A DNA stretch of 64,000 nucleotides from contig JAWLHY010000002.1 in NCBI GenBank assembly GCA_041690135.1, positions 64,001-128,000 on the forward strand. The letters run 5' to 3'. Below the pieces are notes generated by a model. The model was not told the origin of the DNA and did not search any database. It was given only the letters and a program-made list of their open reading frames with translations. How positions within the stretch are numbered: the stretch's first letter is position 1; the number at the start of each line of letters is the position of its first letter. Shown in pieces: positions 19,070-28,421 of the stretch. A program made the translations under genes and the position numbers. Origin of the DNA: Armatimonadota bacterium. Lineage in GTDB: Bacteria > Armatimonadota > SYMT01.

Positions 19070-20256
19070 TGGGTCGGGTTCGAAAGAGAGCTATGCCAGC
19101 ACGCGGATGGATTCTCACGCTTCTTCTTGCCGCGACCGTCGCCGTCGCCGGGCGTACGGACCCTCCTCGTATCACTCGCGTCTGGCTCACGCACCGTAGC
19201 CCGGACCCCGGCAAAATCGTGGTGAACTGGGAGACGGACCGGCCCGGCCCCTCCGTTGTCCGGTACGGGACCACCCCCGCCTACGGCAGCGTCGCGCGGA
19301 GCGACACCCCGGTCACCCTCCACCACGTCGAGATCCCGCTCCACCGGAAGGGCGGCGTCTATCATTACCGCGTCGAGACCGGTGATGCCGCCTCGGCCGA
19401 CGCCACGTTCAAGGCCTATCCCGAGGACCGCCTACGGGTGGCCGTCGCCGCCAACTGGCCGGGCACCACCGACCTCGGGGCGCTGGAGCGCGAGGACGTC
19501 CATCTCCTGCTCACTGGAGGCGATCACATTTCCAACCTGTGGAACGCCTGTGGGGCCGGGGTGAAGGACTGCACGAAGCCGTTCGGGCAACTGGTGGACC
19601 GCTTCCCCACGCTATTCCGCTCGACCCCGTTTATGCCGGTCCTCGGCAACCATGACCGGGAGATTCGCCCCCGCGGGCCGAAGCCGCCCGCGGAGCCGGT
19701 CTACGACATCGAGGCCACCGCCTACCGCCGCTTCTTCGAGTTGCCCGCCGACGAGTGGAAGTGGCACTTCGACGTGCCGGAGTTCGGGGTCCGCTTCGTC
19801 GCTCTCGACTTCAACCACCTCTCCGACCAGGGCACCACCTGGCAGACCTGCCATCCCCTGGGGAAAGACTCGGAGCAGTACGCGTGGTACCGGGACCTGA
19901 TGGAGAAGACCCGGACGCCCTTCGTCGTGACCCTCTACAACGAGCGCCACGCCACCGTCCGCGCCCAGGCCGGCGGCGACTGGGGCCGGATGATCTCCCG
20001 CGGCACCCTGGCGATCACCGGCTTCGGACACTTCGCCGAGCGCGCGGAGGTGGACGGCTGCTCCTACTACAACACCGCCCTCGTCGCGGGCGCGCGTTAC
20101 CCGGACCCCCACTCCCGCTTCCTTGCCGGCGAGAAGAGCTACCTCGTCCTCACCTTCGAGAAGAACCCCCGCCGCCTCACCGTCGAGGTCAAACGCCTCC
20201 ACGACGGCGCCGTCCTCCACCGCAACGAGCACCACCCCCGCACCACGCCGGAGTGA
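19066..20256 (+). CDS. Purple-acid-phosphatase-like metallophosphoesterase with N-terminal FN3-like domain
   Basis: VNWETD, YHYRV, TGGD, LGNHD, GFGH; start may be a few codons downstream. Confidence 0.8.
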   Translation: MMGRVRKRAMPARGWILTLLLAATVAVAGRTDPPRITRVWLTHRSPDPGKIVVNWETDRPGPSVVRYGTTPAYGSVARSDTPVTLHHVEIPLHRKGGVYHYRVETGDAASADATFKAYPEDRLRVAVAANWPGTTDLGALEREDVHLLLTGGDHISNLWNACGAGVKDCTKPFGQLVDRFPTLFRSTPFMPVLGNHDREIRPRGPKPPAEPVYDIEATAYRRFFELPADEWKWHFDVPEFGVRFVALDFNHLSDQGTTWQTCHPLGKDSEQYAWYRDLMEKTRTPFVVTLYNERHATVRAQAGGDWGRMISRGTLAITGFGHFAERAEVDGCSYYNTALVAGARYPDPHSRFLAGEKSYLVLTFEKNPRRLTVEVKRLHDGAVLHRNEHHPRTTPE

Positions 20257-20467
20257 CGAAGGGATCATTCCAACCGCTTTGGCCGCTGATGGTTCCTCTC
20301 CTGGTAGCCGCATCCACCACTGTCAACCAACTGCACGTGCTAGCCCGGACTCGGAGCGTCGTTCCCCAGTCACCCGCATGGCCCTCTTCCTACGCTTTCT
20401 CGGAGTGACGAAAGTCCGGCGCCAAAGAAACAAAGGGCTGGCTGGATGTGAAGCTGTTTGGAGGCCT

Positions 20468-21262
20468 TTACTTTGCGTCTGCAATATCGCGTTCGTGTAT
20501 CCAGCCCTCTAACTCCTGGCCATCGTATTTGAAGGTAATTCTACAACGAATGATCTCGTATTCCGGTGAGATCGGATGTATTACACGCTCCTGTATCACG
20601 GCGCGAGTTCCATTCGGTACTTTGGCCACTCGGTGCTCTTCACCCCAGGCGTCATCACGAGCAGAAACGCTTACCGCTCCGCGATCATTCCGCAGACGGA
20701 CTTTGTCACCTCTCTTGAAGACATCCTGAGCAGCGGTGTCAGCGAAGTAGAGATTACCGATTTCAACCTGTGTCTCCATCGGTCCAGTTTCGCTAGCGTC
20801 TTCCCATCGACCGTTGGGTGCGAGCACCGCTTTCCCCACCGTGAATGTACCGGTTGTAGCTTCGCCAGGACGGTAAGCGAACACCATCGCAGCCTGTGCC
20901 TCTTCTCGCTTGGCGAGTTGAATCACCGCTTCCTGCAGGGCTGTCTCAACCTCCTCTCGAGAGTGCCCAAGCGGGATCACGATCCTCCCGGAGACGCGTC
21001 GCGCAGTGCCGATACTTACGTCCTCCGGATCACCAGAGAAGGTGAAGGCCACTCCCGACTCAGGCGCTGTGGGCAGATTTGCCTGCTGCTGCGCCGACGA
21101 CTCTGACCTTTCGATGTTGGTCGATGCCACTGGGTTCGAATATGCGCGCTCCGCCGCAGGTTCGCATCCGGTTAGCAGAGTCCCGCAAAGCACACCCAGG
21201 GCCGACACCGCCAGTAGCTTGTTGGTGACAGGAAACAACATCCTTTGCTTCTCCGATGGCAA
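20468..21262 (-). CDS. Hypothetical lipoprotein with C-terminal SH3-like segment
   Basis: Lipobox LLTGC; C-terminal ...LEGWIHERDI; atypical codon usage. Confidence 0.7.
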   Translation of the reverse strand: MPSEKQRMLFPVTNKLLAVSALGVLCGTLLTGCEPAAERAYSNPVASTNIERSESSAQQQANLPTAPESGVAFTFSGDPEDVSIGTARRVSGRIVIPLGHSREEVETALQEAVIQLAKREEAQAAMVFAYRPGEATTGTFTVGKAVLAPNGRWEDASETGPMETQVEIGNLYFADTAAQDVFKRGDKVRLRNDRGAVSVSARDDAWGEEHRVAKVPNGTRAVIQERVIHPISPEYEIIRCRITFKYDGQELEGWIHERDIADAK

Positions 21263-21408
21263 GAAAAGACTTCCAAGGCATGGCTTTTCGCCCGCGCAAC
21301 TCCAAGTCGAGGCCTCGGCCGACGACTCAGGCAGGGAGCCCGCCGCGCTTCTGTTCCCGCTCCTCCTGGAAGCAACCTTCCTCCGGTCACCGTGTCTATG
21401 GCCTTACG

Positions 21409-21693
21409 ATGCCAATTCTCACCGGACCAACCGAGCCTCGGAAACACAGCCGTGCCCTCTGGCTAGCCCTGTTGGGAGTGCCGGCCCTCCTCCTGGGAGG
21501 CCTGTTGGTAGTGCCCTTCTTTATCACGATGCGCATCCAACTTGGCCCGAACCATTCCTTTTGCGTGGTGGCAACGACTGGATCAAGACTCCCTATGGGC
21601 GTCCACCAGGGATACGGATCGAGTTACACACAGGTGTTGATCACTTCGGGTGACCGGTTGGGTGACATCGCCTATCTTCTCACCTGGGACTGA
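21409..21693 (+). CDS. Small single-TM hypothetical protein
   Basis: LWLALLGVPALLLGGLLVVPFF TM; resembles 50318-50671. Confidence 0.55.
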   Translation: MPILTGPTEPRKHSRALWLALLGVPALLLGGLLVVPFFITMRIQLGPNHSFCVVATTGSRLPMGVHQGYGSSYTQVLITSGDRLGDIAYLLTWD

Positions 21694-21746
21694 AGCTCCC
21701 ATGTGGTCCCTCGCCGACTTCACTAACCGGGCGTCGATGAAACTTC

Positions 21747-22820
21747 TCAAGCCTTCCTGATCGGGGCCAGCTCCAGGGTGAGCCGGTTCTGCGCTCCCTC
21801 GTTGCGCTGGTTGCGCGTGGGGGAGTAGTCGTATGCCTCGACCGTCTTGCCGTCGGCGCTGAACTCGAGAAGCCGCAGCCAGCCGTCGCCGCCCTTCGGC
21901 CGCATTTGGAAGTTCACCAGCACCTGGTGCACCTCACGACCGCCGGGCGTCCGGGTCGTCACCCGGCCCAGGCCGTCCCCCAGGACGTGGCCGTTGAGCG
22001 TCAGCACGAAGTTCTCGTGCTTCGCGATGAGGTTGTCCCACAGTTCCTCGCCGTCGGAGACGTCGTCCCGCGTGGCCTTTGCTACCCCGTAGGCGTGGGG
22101 GTTCCACTTCTGGTTCGGTCCGTGCTGCTTCCAGTTGTAGCGGGTGTCGTCGAAGTAGATGTAGGCGTGGGTGATCAGGATGGCTTCGCGGTCGCTGTGC
22201 TTCCGCGCGACTTCATTGGCCCACCGGACCACGTCGGCCCGGGGACCGAACTCCAGGGCCAGCACCAGGAACTTCCGGTCGTTCGCGGTGAACAGGTGGT
22301 AGCTGTTCTCCATCCGCTCCGGCTCCCGGTCGTAGGTGCCGCCGAAGGTCGGACGGTCGCGGTAGCGGGAGACCGGCAGGTAGTCGGTCAGCAGTGTGGT
22401 CCGGTCCTTGCAAACACCGCCCTGGCTGTAGTCGTGGTTGCCGGGGCAGAAGACGTAGGGCAGCCGGGCCTCGTCGAGCACCTTCAGCGCCTTCGAGGCG
22501 TTCTCCCATTCCGCCTGGGTGCTCCGGTTGGTGATGTCCCCCAGGTGCAGCACCCAGGCGATGTTCCGGGCCTGCCGGTTCTCCGCCAGCCACCGCGTCT
22601 GGGCCACGAACGTCTCCGGGTACTTCTCGCTGTAGTTCTGCGTGTCGGGAAGCACGGCCACGGTGAACGAGCCTTTAGCGGGTTTCGGGGGCTCGCCATC
22701 GAGGAGCTTGCCATCGGCATAGGGGTCGGGCTTCGTTTCCTGGGCCGCGACGGCTCCGAGGGGGGCCAGGGCGAGGGCTGCCCCGTGAGTCAGAACGGTT
22801 CGACGGGTGATTGGGCGCAT
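21747..22820 (-). CDS. Tat-exported calcineurin-like metallophosphoesterase
   Basis: TRRTVL Tat motif; LPDTQ, HLGD, GNHD, THAY, NGH. Confidence 0.9.
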   Translation of the reverse strand: MRPITRRTVLTHGAALALAPLGAVAAQETKPDPYADGKLLDGEPPKPAKGSFTVAVLPDTQNYSEKYPETFVAQTRWLAENRQARNIAWVLHLGDITNRSTQAEWENASKALKVLDEARLPYVFCPGNHDYSQGGVCKDRTTLLTDYLPVSRYRDRPTFGGTYDREPERMENSYHLFTANDRKFLVLALEFGPRADVVRWANEVARKHSDREAILITHAYIYFDDTRYNWKQHGPNQKWNPHAYGVAKATRDDVSDGEELWDNLIAKHENFVLTLNGHVLGDGLGRVTTRTPGGREVHQVLVNFQMRPKGGDGWLRLLEFSADGKTVEAYDYSPTRNQRNEGAQNRLTLELAPIRKA

Positions 22821-23014
22821 GATCGGTTCGCTCCCGCAAGGACGCACGCCACCGGTCCGGGTGGAGGGGCGTGAAGGGGTTGGTGTGGATTCCCGGTGCC
22901 TGGCACACTGCCGGACGGCGAAGACACTCTGGGCTTAGTATCTACGCAAACTGGTTCATAGTCGCCATAAGAGTACCTTAACACTGGCGGATGGGCCGGG
23001 GCGCGATGGGGCTC

Positions 23015-23608
23015 TCACGCCGCCCGTAAGCGCTGCTGGTAGTTCCGGATTCTCTGTTCGAACTCCCTCAGGAACGGCTCATTCTCGGCGTCCACATCCA
23101 ATGTGCGGGCGAAGCTGACCTCCTCGAGAAGTTGCTTGCACTCCTCGGGAGTAGCCCCATCCACGCCAAACAGGATTCCCGTAGGCCACTCATGCTGGCA
23201 GTAGGCAAACCATCTCAAAAGCGCACCCAGCAGGCTTTTCCGGATGCCTGCGTTCTCGGGTTCCAGCTCGTAGGCTTCTCGTAGGAGCTGCTGCTCGGAT
23301 CGATACTCTATCTGCGCGTGCAGCGCCGCGGAGGCATACAGATTCTGGGCTGTCTTCGCGAGCCAGAAGGTGCTCCACACTTCGCTACGGCGGTAACCGT
23401 CGAGCAGAACCGGGAAGATCAGGTGTTCGTAGAGCTCATGCCGGATCCGGTGCCCGAAGTCACCGCTTTCCAAAAACGACCGGACCCAGGCCCGACGGTC
23501 GTCATCCGGCGTGAAGGAGGCGATAAAGCGCTGAAGCGCGGAGGACGCCTCCGGTCTGCGCCCTTCAGCGAGAAGGCGCTGAAACTCCTGATAGTGTTGC
23601 AAGTCCAT
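23015..23608 (-). CDS. Hypothetical all-helical protein
   Basis: Coherent [12 protein letters not shown]...[10 protein letters not shown]; no family recognised. Confidence 0.65.
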   Translation of the reverse strand: MDLQHYQEFQRLLAEGRRPEASSALQRFIASFTPDDDRRAWVRSFLESGDFGHRIRHELYEHLIFPVLLDGYRRSEVWSTFWLAKTAQNLYASAALHAQIEYRSEQQLLREAYELEPENAGIRKSLLGALLRWFAYCQHEWPTGILFGVDGATPEECKQLLEEVSFARTLDVDAENEPFLREFEQRIRNYQQRLRAA

Positions 23609-23629
23609 GCTACTGGTTATGAGGCCGTG

Positions 23630-23911
23630 GGAAAGCTGAAGGGGAGGAAGGAAGAGGGGGAGAGCCTGCTGGACCGGACCACCGTCCTGTTCGGCAGCAA
23701 CCTGGGGAATGCGTCCAGCCACTCGGTAAAGAACCTGCCGGTCCTGCTGGCGGGAGGGGGCTTCCGTCACGGGCAGCACCTGGCCTTTAATCCGGACCAA
23801 CCGCCGCCGCTCTGCAACCTCTACGTGAGCATGCTGCAGCGCCTCGGTCTGGAAACCGACCGCTTCGGTTCCAGCACCGGCACCCTCTCCGGATTGGAGC
23901 CGGTCGGTTGA
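23630..23911 (+). pseudogene. C-terminal remnant of a DUF1552 family gene
   Basis: [34 protein letters not shown]...[12 protein letters not shown]...FGSSTG; N-terminal part absent. Confidence 0.75.
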
Positions 23912-23943
23912 TCAATGAAACAATACGCGGATCCAAAGGGCGC

Positions 23944-24519
23944 CTAGCCGATGGTTGGGTCCTCAAGACCGGGGGTGGGCTTCTCCAACTCTTGTGTCCC
24001 ACAGGACTGCGCCAGGAAGGCCCGCCCCACCCGCGTGCACTCCTCGTCGCACCATACATTGTGAATCGACACCGGCCGGTCGCCCTTCTTCCCCGCCGCG
24101 AGATCCCGCTTCGTCGGGTGACCGGCGATCAGCACCGGGCGCACGTCTCCCAGCCGCTGGAGGTTGGCCTGCGCGGCCCGAGCCCAGGACACGGGGACCC
24201 CTTGCAGCTCCCAGCCGTGGAACAGGCGCTGGATCGTGATCTCGGAATCGCAGCCGAACTCGCCCGACCAGCCGTCGGGGAGCGCGCGAAGACAGCGGGC
24301 GGCGGCGGCAAACTCTCCCAGGTCGTTGCCCAGGTAGCGCAGGCTGGCTTCCGCCGGGGTGATCACTCCCGAGGCGTAAACGGCGCGGATCCCGGGCTTC
24401 ACGATGTGACACCACGCCCAGGAAATGCCGAGGTCGGAGGGGTTCTTGCTGCCCACCATGCCGGAGTCGCTGTAGCAGGCGATGATGGGGCGGTCGGCGA
24501 GGGAGGCGACTCGGTTCAT
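23944..24519 (-). CDS. RNase H-like protein
   Basis: YSDSG, NDLGE, CDSE, GHP, NVWCD correspond to the RNase HI D-E-D-H-D residues; RBS GGAG. Confidence 0.75.
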   Translation of the reverse strand: MNRVASLADRPIIACYSDSGMVGSKNPSDLGISWAWCHIVKPGIRAVYASGVITPAEASLRYLGNDLGEFAAAARCLRALPDGWSGEFGCDSEITIQRLFHGWELQGVPVSWARAAQANLQRLGDVRPVLIAGHPTKRDLAAGKKGDRPVSIHNVWCDEECTRVGRAFLAQSCGTQELEKPTPGLEDPTIG

Positions 24520-24662
24520 ACTCCGTGGTTCCCCACGCCCCACCCGATTCCCCTCTTGCCGCCCGTCGCGGTTGCGCAACTTCACGGGCGGGCGGGGCCC
24601 CGCAAACTCCGGGCGAAGTTTGCTGTTGGAGGGGGAGTTTGTGTTGGTGGCAGGCACAAAAA

Positions 24663-24690
24663 CCCGGTTCAAGAGATCTCTTGAACCGGG
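24663..24690 (-). terminator. Intrinsic terminator after tRNA-Pro
   Basis: Perfect 28-bp palindrome cccggttcaagaga/tctcttgaaccggg followed by TTTTT on the minus strand. Confidence 0.85.
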
Positions 24691-24703
24691 CCTTTGAACT
24701 GGA

Positions 24704-24777
24704 TCGGGGTGATAGGATTTGAACCTACGACCTCAGCGTCCCGAACGCTGCGCTCTACCAAGCTGAGCCACACCCCG
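24704..24777 (-). tRNA. tRNA-Pro (CGG)
   Basis: CGGGGTG acceptor stem, D-arm AGCTTGGTAGAGC, CAGCG-TTCGGGA-CGCTG anticodon arm, GGTTCAAATCC T-arm; CCA not in register (ATCCA). Confidence 0.97.
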
Positions 24778-24830
24778 TTTTCGCACAGGCGGCCCCTCGC
24801 CTTTCCGGTGGGGGGAGCCTGACGAGCGAA

Positions 24831-24859
24831 ATCATAGCATGGGACCCGGTGGTCGTCAA
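24831..24859 (-). promoter_or_regulatory. Sigma-70 promoter of tRNA-Pro
   Basis: TTGACG-17 nt-TATGAT on the minus strand. Confidence 0.85.
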
Positions 24860-24974
24860 TATGCGCGTGGAGATTCCCCACTGCTGCCAATGTCGGGCGG
24901 CAGCGGGCATCTTTCCAGAGTGGGAGGCTCCCGGTCCGGCGGTAGGCGCCGCACCGCAGTGTCCCTCCTTCAAG

Positions 24975-25094
24975 ATGCCCGTGCCTATTACCCTTCAATA
25001 CATCCTGGCGGCGGCGGCCCTGGCGGTCCTGGGGATCGTGGTCGCGCTGGCGTACCTGGCGCTGGCGACACGCGTGGGCGCGGATAGGGATTAG
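24975..25094 (+). CDS. 39-aa single-TM small protein
   Basis: MPVPITLQYILAAAALAVLGIVVALAYLALATRVGADRD; GC3-rich codons. Confidence 0.5.
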   Translation: MPVPITLQYILAAAALAVLGIVVALAYLALATRVGADRD

Positions 25095-25320
25095 GACTAG
25101 GATTGCGATGAGGATGAGGATCGAGGGGATAAGGATCGGGTGGATAAAGATAAGGATAATGAGACCCGCTTCACGACGGGTTTCCTGACCGGGGGTGGGG
25201 CGGATAAGGATCGAGGGGATAAAGATCGGGCGGATAAGGATAAGGATAATGAGACCCGCTTCGCGACGGGTGCCCTGACCAGGGGGCGGAGTGGATTAGG
25301 ATCAGGATGAGGATTAAGAG
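25082..25320 (+). repeat. GGATAA/GGATTA/GGATGA hexamer arrays with a 90-bp tandem duplication
   Basis: tcgaggggat at 25121 and 25211; each unit ends in a CCTGACCRGGGG motif. Confidence 0.9.
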
Positions 25321-25337
25321 TTCCGAGTAATGACGGG

Positions 25338-25458
25338 TTCCCTGACCGGGGGGATGGCCACGGCGCTTACGGGATCTGGTTCAGAAGGCTTGGTGCTTCG
25401 GCGGAGGGCTCATCAGGCTCGGGGAAGTTGCTGCGGGTCTATCGCTTCTCGCCATGAC
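25338..25458 (-). repeat. Dispersed ~120-bp element, copy C
   Basis: Reverse complement GTCATGGCGAGAAGCGATAGACCCGCAGCAACTTCCC...GATGAG...CCGAAGCAC...GTAAGCGCCGTGGCCATCCCCCCGGTCAGGG. Confidence 0.85.
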
Positions 25459-25472
25459 TACCGTTTTCGTTG

Positions 25473-25510
25473 CCTGACTGCCTGACCACCCGACCACCCG
25501 ACCACCCGAC
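25473..25510 (-). repeat. CCCGACCA octamer array (GGTGGTCG family)
   Basis: cctgactg cctgacca cccgacca cccgacca cccgac. Confidence 0.85.
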
Positions 25511-25584
25511 TTGCCAAGCGCGGGCCCCGCGGTCGGTTCACGCCGGGGGGCCCGCGTTCGTAAGCTCTCGTTTGGCTGGCACGC

Positions 25585-26679
25585 TTACCGGTACGTGTCC
25601 AGCGTCAGGCGGTTGCCGGTGCGGTCCCAATCGACGCGCATGCCGGCGGTGCGGCTGAGGTATTCGGTGGGGACGTAGATCTCGCCGTTGATCGAGATCG
25701 GCGTCGAGGTCAGCCGCTGGGTGCGGTCGCCGCGTACCACCACGGAGTCCTCGCCCGCGTAGCCGCGGACCGGGCCGTCCGGCGTGTTGAGCGTGAAGTT
25801 CAGATCGCCGCGCCGGTGGACGTAGCGCCATTCCGCGGCATCCGCGATCGGACGCAGCGGTACGTAGAGTTGACCGTTCATCCGCAGCGGCTGGGCGTCG
25901 CCGAACCGGACGATCCGCCCGTCGAGCCGGACTTCCGTATCGCTCCGGAGTTCCTCCCGCTCGCCGAGAACCTGGTCGTTTTCGAAACGGCCATTAAGCG
26001 TGTTCCGTGCCACGTACCGGTAATTGTTGCGATCGTTGAACGCCACGCGGTTGTCCAGCCGGATGCCGAAATCGGCGCCGCGGTCCAGGGAAACGTCGCG
26101 GAAGTTGCGGTCCCGGTCCCGGTTGAGGTAGGAGTAGATGGCGCCGCCCAGGCCGCCCAGGAGCGCGCCCTTCAGCCAGTCGTCGTCACCCAGGATACCG
26201 CCCAGGATCGCCCCGGCGCCGGCGCCATAGCCGACCCATTTCCAGTCGAAGCTGTCTCCGCTCTGGCGACGAGCGACGATCCGCCCGTCAGAGGTCCGCT
26301 GAACGTCGTCATCCCCCAGGCTCGCCAGTGTGCCGTCGATGCTCACGCGCTGACCGTCGGGGAGCCACGCGCGCTGGAACTCCATGTCGATGATGCCGGG
26401 CCGGTTGTTGTTCGACCGCTGGACCTGCGTGATGGTGCCTTCAAAGCGGGTTCCTTCGGGGAAGCCGCTCCGGTCGGCGGGATCGATCCGGGCCGCCACT
26501 CGCTGTCCCACCCGGGCGTTGCGGCTGCTCAGGCTCTGATCCAACTCGGCGTGAACCACCGTGTTCGCCGGAATGAAAATTCGGTCGCTCTGCGCCGCTG
26601 CCTCGCGCGTTGTGCCCGCTATTCCCAGGCTCGCGACGAGGACCGGCAGAAACGCCCGTGCTGTCAGTCGTGCATCCAT
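25585..26679 (-). CDS. Secreted protein with glycine zipper and C-terminal copper-amine-oxidase-N/stalk-like domain
   Basis: Signal peptide; GAGAGAILGG zipper; GQLYVPLRPIA and GEIYVPTEYL motifs. Confidence 0.8.
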   Translation of the reverse strand: MDARLTARAFLPVLVASLGIAGTTREAAAQSDRIFIPANTVVHAELDQSLSSRNARVGQRVAARIDPADRSGFPEGTRFEGTITQVQRSNNNRPGIIDMEFQRAWLPDGQRVSIDGTLASLGDDDVQRTSDGRIVARRQSGDSFDWKWVGYGAGAGAILGGILGDDDWLKGALLGGLGGAIYSYLNRDRDRNFRDVSLDRGADFGIRLDNRVAFNDRNNYRYVARNTLNGRFENDQVLGEREELRSDTEVRLDGRIVRFGDAQPLRMNGQLYVPLRPIADAAEWRYVHRRGDLNFTLNTPDGPVRGYAGEDSVVVRGDRTQRLTSTPISINGEIYVPTEYLSRTAGMRVDWDRTGNRLTLDTYR

Positions 26680-27183
26680 CGTTTGGAACTCCCCCTCTCC
26701 CCAATCATTGGGGCCAAAACTGCTTTCGGGATCGCCCTTTCGTACCCGGCTCTGTCTCTAATAAAACTCAATCGAGGGAGTGTGCCCTCGTCCATTGGCA
26801 GGAGCACAGCCGCATCTTTGGTTTGAGGAGGTGGTGGGAGGCGCCCGTATCCCCGGCCCCTCAGGGATAGTATTTCCGGAATGCTCCCGAACTGTGAACA
26901 CGCGGCGAACGCCGCAATCCTCCGGCGGTTAGGCGGGCAGCAGGCAGCCGGGGGCGCCTGCTGCTGCTCTCCAGGAGAGAACGGGGGCGGTCAGGGAAGG
27001 CTCGGGACGTAAGGATTGGTCAGCGAGCGCTCCGGTCAATAAAACAGTGAAGACGTCGGAGAGCACGGTAGTGGGAACTGGGAGAGGAATGCCGACGTCT
27101 GGAGTAGTAGGAGTCCGTATGGGGTGCTGGTCCGGCGTGGGACCGGCGAGGCAACGGACCCAGGGAAAAGGAAGGGGAGTACG

Positions 27184-27369
27184 GTGCAGTACCTGACGGT
27201 GCGGGAAAGCGTCCGTCGACTGCGGGCCGCCGGATTAGACGCGAAGCCGCGGACGGTGCGCCGGTGGATTGAGGAACGGAAGGTGCGGGACGTCTGGGTT
27301 CTAGGCGACCACACTTTTATTTACGAAGGCGAGCTCGAAGCGCTGATCTCAGGTGAGCGTGCGGGCTGA
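27184..27369 (+). CDS. Small helix-turn-helix (excisionase/MerR-like) protein
   Basis: GTG start with AAGGAAGGGGA RBS; YLTVRE...RTVRRWIEE. Confidence 0.7.
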   Translation: MQYLTVRESVRRLRAAGLDAKPRTVRRWIEERKVRDVWVLGDHTFIYEGELEALISGERAG

Positions 27370-27373
27370 AAGA

Positions 27374-27402
27374 CGGGGCGTCCCGGCATTCGGGACGCCC
27401 CG
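27374..27402. terminator. GC-rich hairpin, putative terminator
   Basis: cggggcgtcccg-gcatt-cgggacgccccg, 12-bp perfect stem. Confidence 0.6.
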
Positions 27403-27439
27403 AGTGCGTGTGCCCTGACCCGACCGGAGGCCGGCCGAC

Positions 27440-27865
27440 GTGCCCCTGCCCGACCGTTCCACTCCCGATCCGCCTGCGAACCCCGGCCCGATCCCCAGCC
27501 GGAACCCCAACCGGGTGCGGGACCACCTGGCGAACGAACGCACCTTCCTGGCCTGGATTCGCACCGCGGTGGCGTTGATGGGCTTTGGTGTGGTGATCGT
27601 CCGTTTGCGTTACCTGTTGCCGCCAGGAATGCAGGAACGCAGCCACGGTTGGGAACTGGGCCTATTGTTCGCCCTGGTGGGCCTGTCGACCGTCCTGCTG
27701 GCGACCTTCGAATACTTCGCCATCCGCAACGCGATCGAGACGGAGAGCTACGAGCCGAAGGGCCGCTGGATCATCCTGCTTAGCCTGGCCGTCAGCCTCA
27801 TCGGCGCGGGCATTCTCTACTACGTGCTGTCCACCCCTATCACGGCCCTTCCGGGTGTGCCCTGA
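27440..27865 (+). CDS. YidH/DUF202 family membrane protein
   Basis: RDHLANERTFLAWIRT signature. Confidence 0.92.
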   Translation: MPLPDRSTPDPPANPGPIPSRNPNRVRDHLANERTFLAWIRTAVALMGFGVVIVRLRYLLPPGMQERSHGWELGLLFALVGLSTVLLATFEYFAIRNAIETESYEPKGRWIILLSLAVSLIGAGILYYVLSTPITALPGVP

Positions 27866-28012
27866 TCGCGCGGAATGGCTGTTATCCCGGCGGCCCATGC
27901 AACCCGGGGAGGGAAGCGCTCCGAACGGGGCATACTGTAAGCGCAGAGCGAGGGAGGACGCCCCTCTTGCCTCCCTTACGTGAATCGGCCCTGCGAGACC
28001 GGAGAGCTGGAG

Positions 28013-28417
28013 ATGAAACGAATCCTGTTGGCCTATGACGGTTCGGAGCCCGCGAAGCATGCGGCGATTCGTGCTGCCGACCTGGCGCGCCACCTGGACG
28101 CGACCGTTACGGTGCTGGTGGTCGGCGAACTCATGGAAAGCGGCTACGGGACCGTGCTGCCCGTAGTGGAGGCCGAGGTGTACGACGGCGTGGCCGAAGA
28201 AGGCGCGCAGGCGGTACGAGACGCGGGCGCACCGGCGGAAGCACAGGTGGCGTGGGGACGCCCAGCGGATAAGATCGTGGAGACGGCAGGCGAGCAGGGG
28301 GCGGAGATGGTGGTGATCGGACACCGCGGCCTCGGCGGGCTGAAGTCCCTGTTGCTGGGGAGCGTCGCCAAGCACGTGATCGACCACGCCCCCTGCTCGG
28401 TGCTGGTGGTGCGGTAA
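28013..28417 (+). CDS. Universal stress protein
   Basis: ILLAYDGS, GHRGLGG..LLLGSVA..V...APCSVLVVR. Confidence 0.95.
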   Translation: MKRILLAYDGSEPAKHAAIRAADLARHLDATVTVLVVGELMESGYGTVLPVVEAEVYDGVAEEGAQAVRDAGAPAEAQVAWGRPADKIVETAGEQGAEMVVIGHRGLGGLKSLLLGSVAKHVIDHAPCSVLVVR

Positions 28418-28421
28418 GCCG

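Noticed and set aside
24700-24730. att-site duplication of the tRNA-Pro 3' end
   Set aside because: No second copy seen by eye; resemblance to 25134-25160 is due to the hexamer arrays.
25082-25350. CRISPR-like periodic repeats
   Set aside because: The intervening segments are themselves duplicated low-complexity hexamers, not unique spacers; no cas genes.
25395-25420. Hammerhead-ribozyme-like CTGATGAG...CGAA in element copy C (minus strand)
   Set aside because: Stem II does not pair, GAAA is GAAG, and other copies read CAGATGAG or GGATGAG, so the catalytic core is not conserved.
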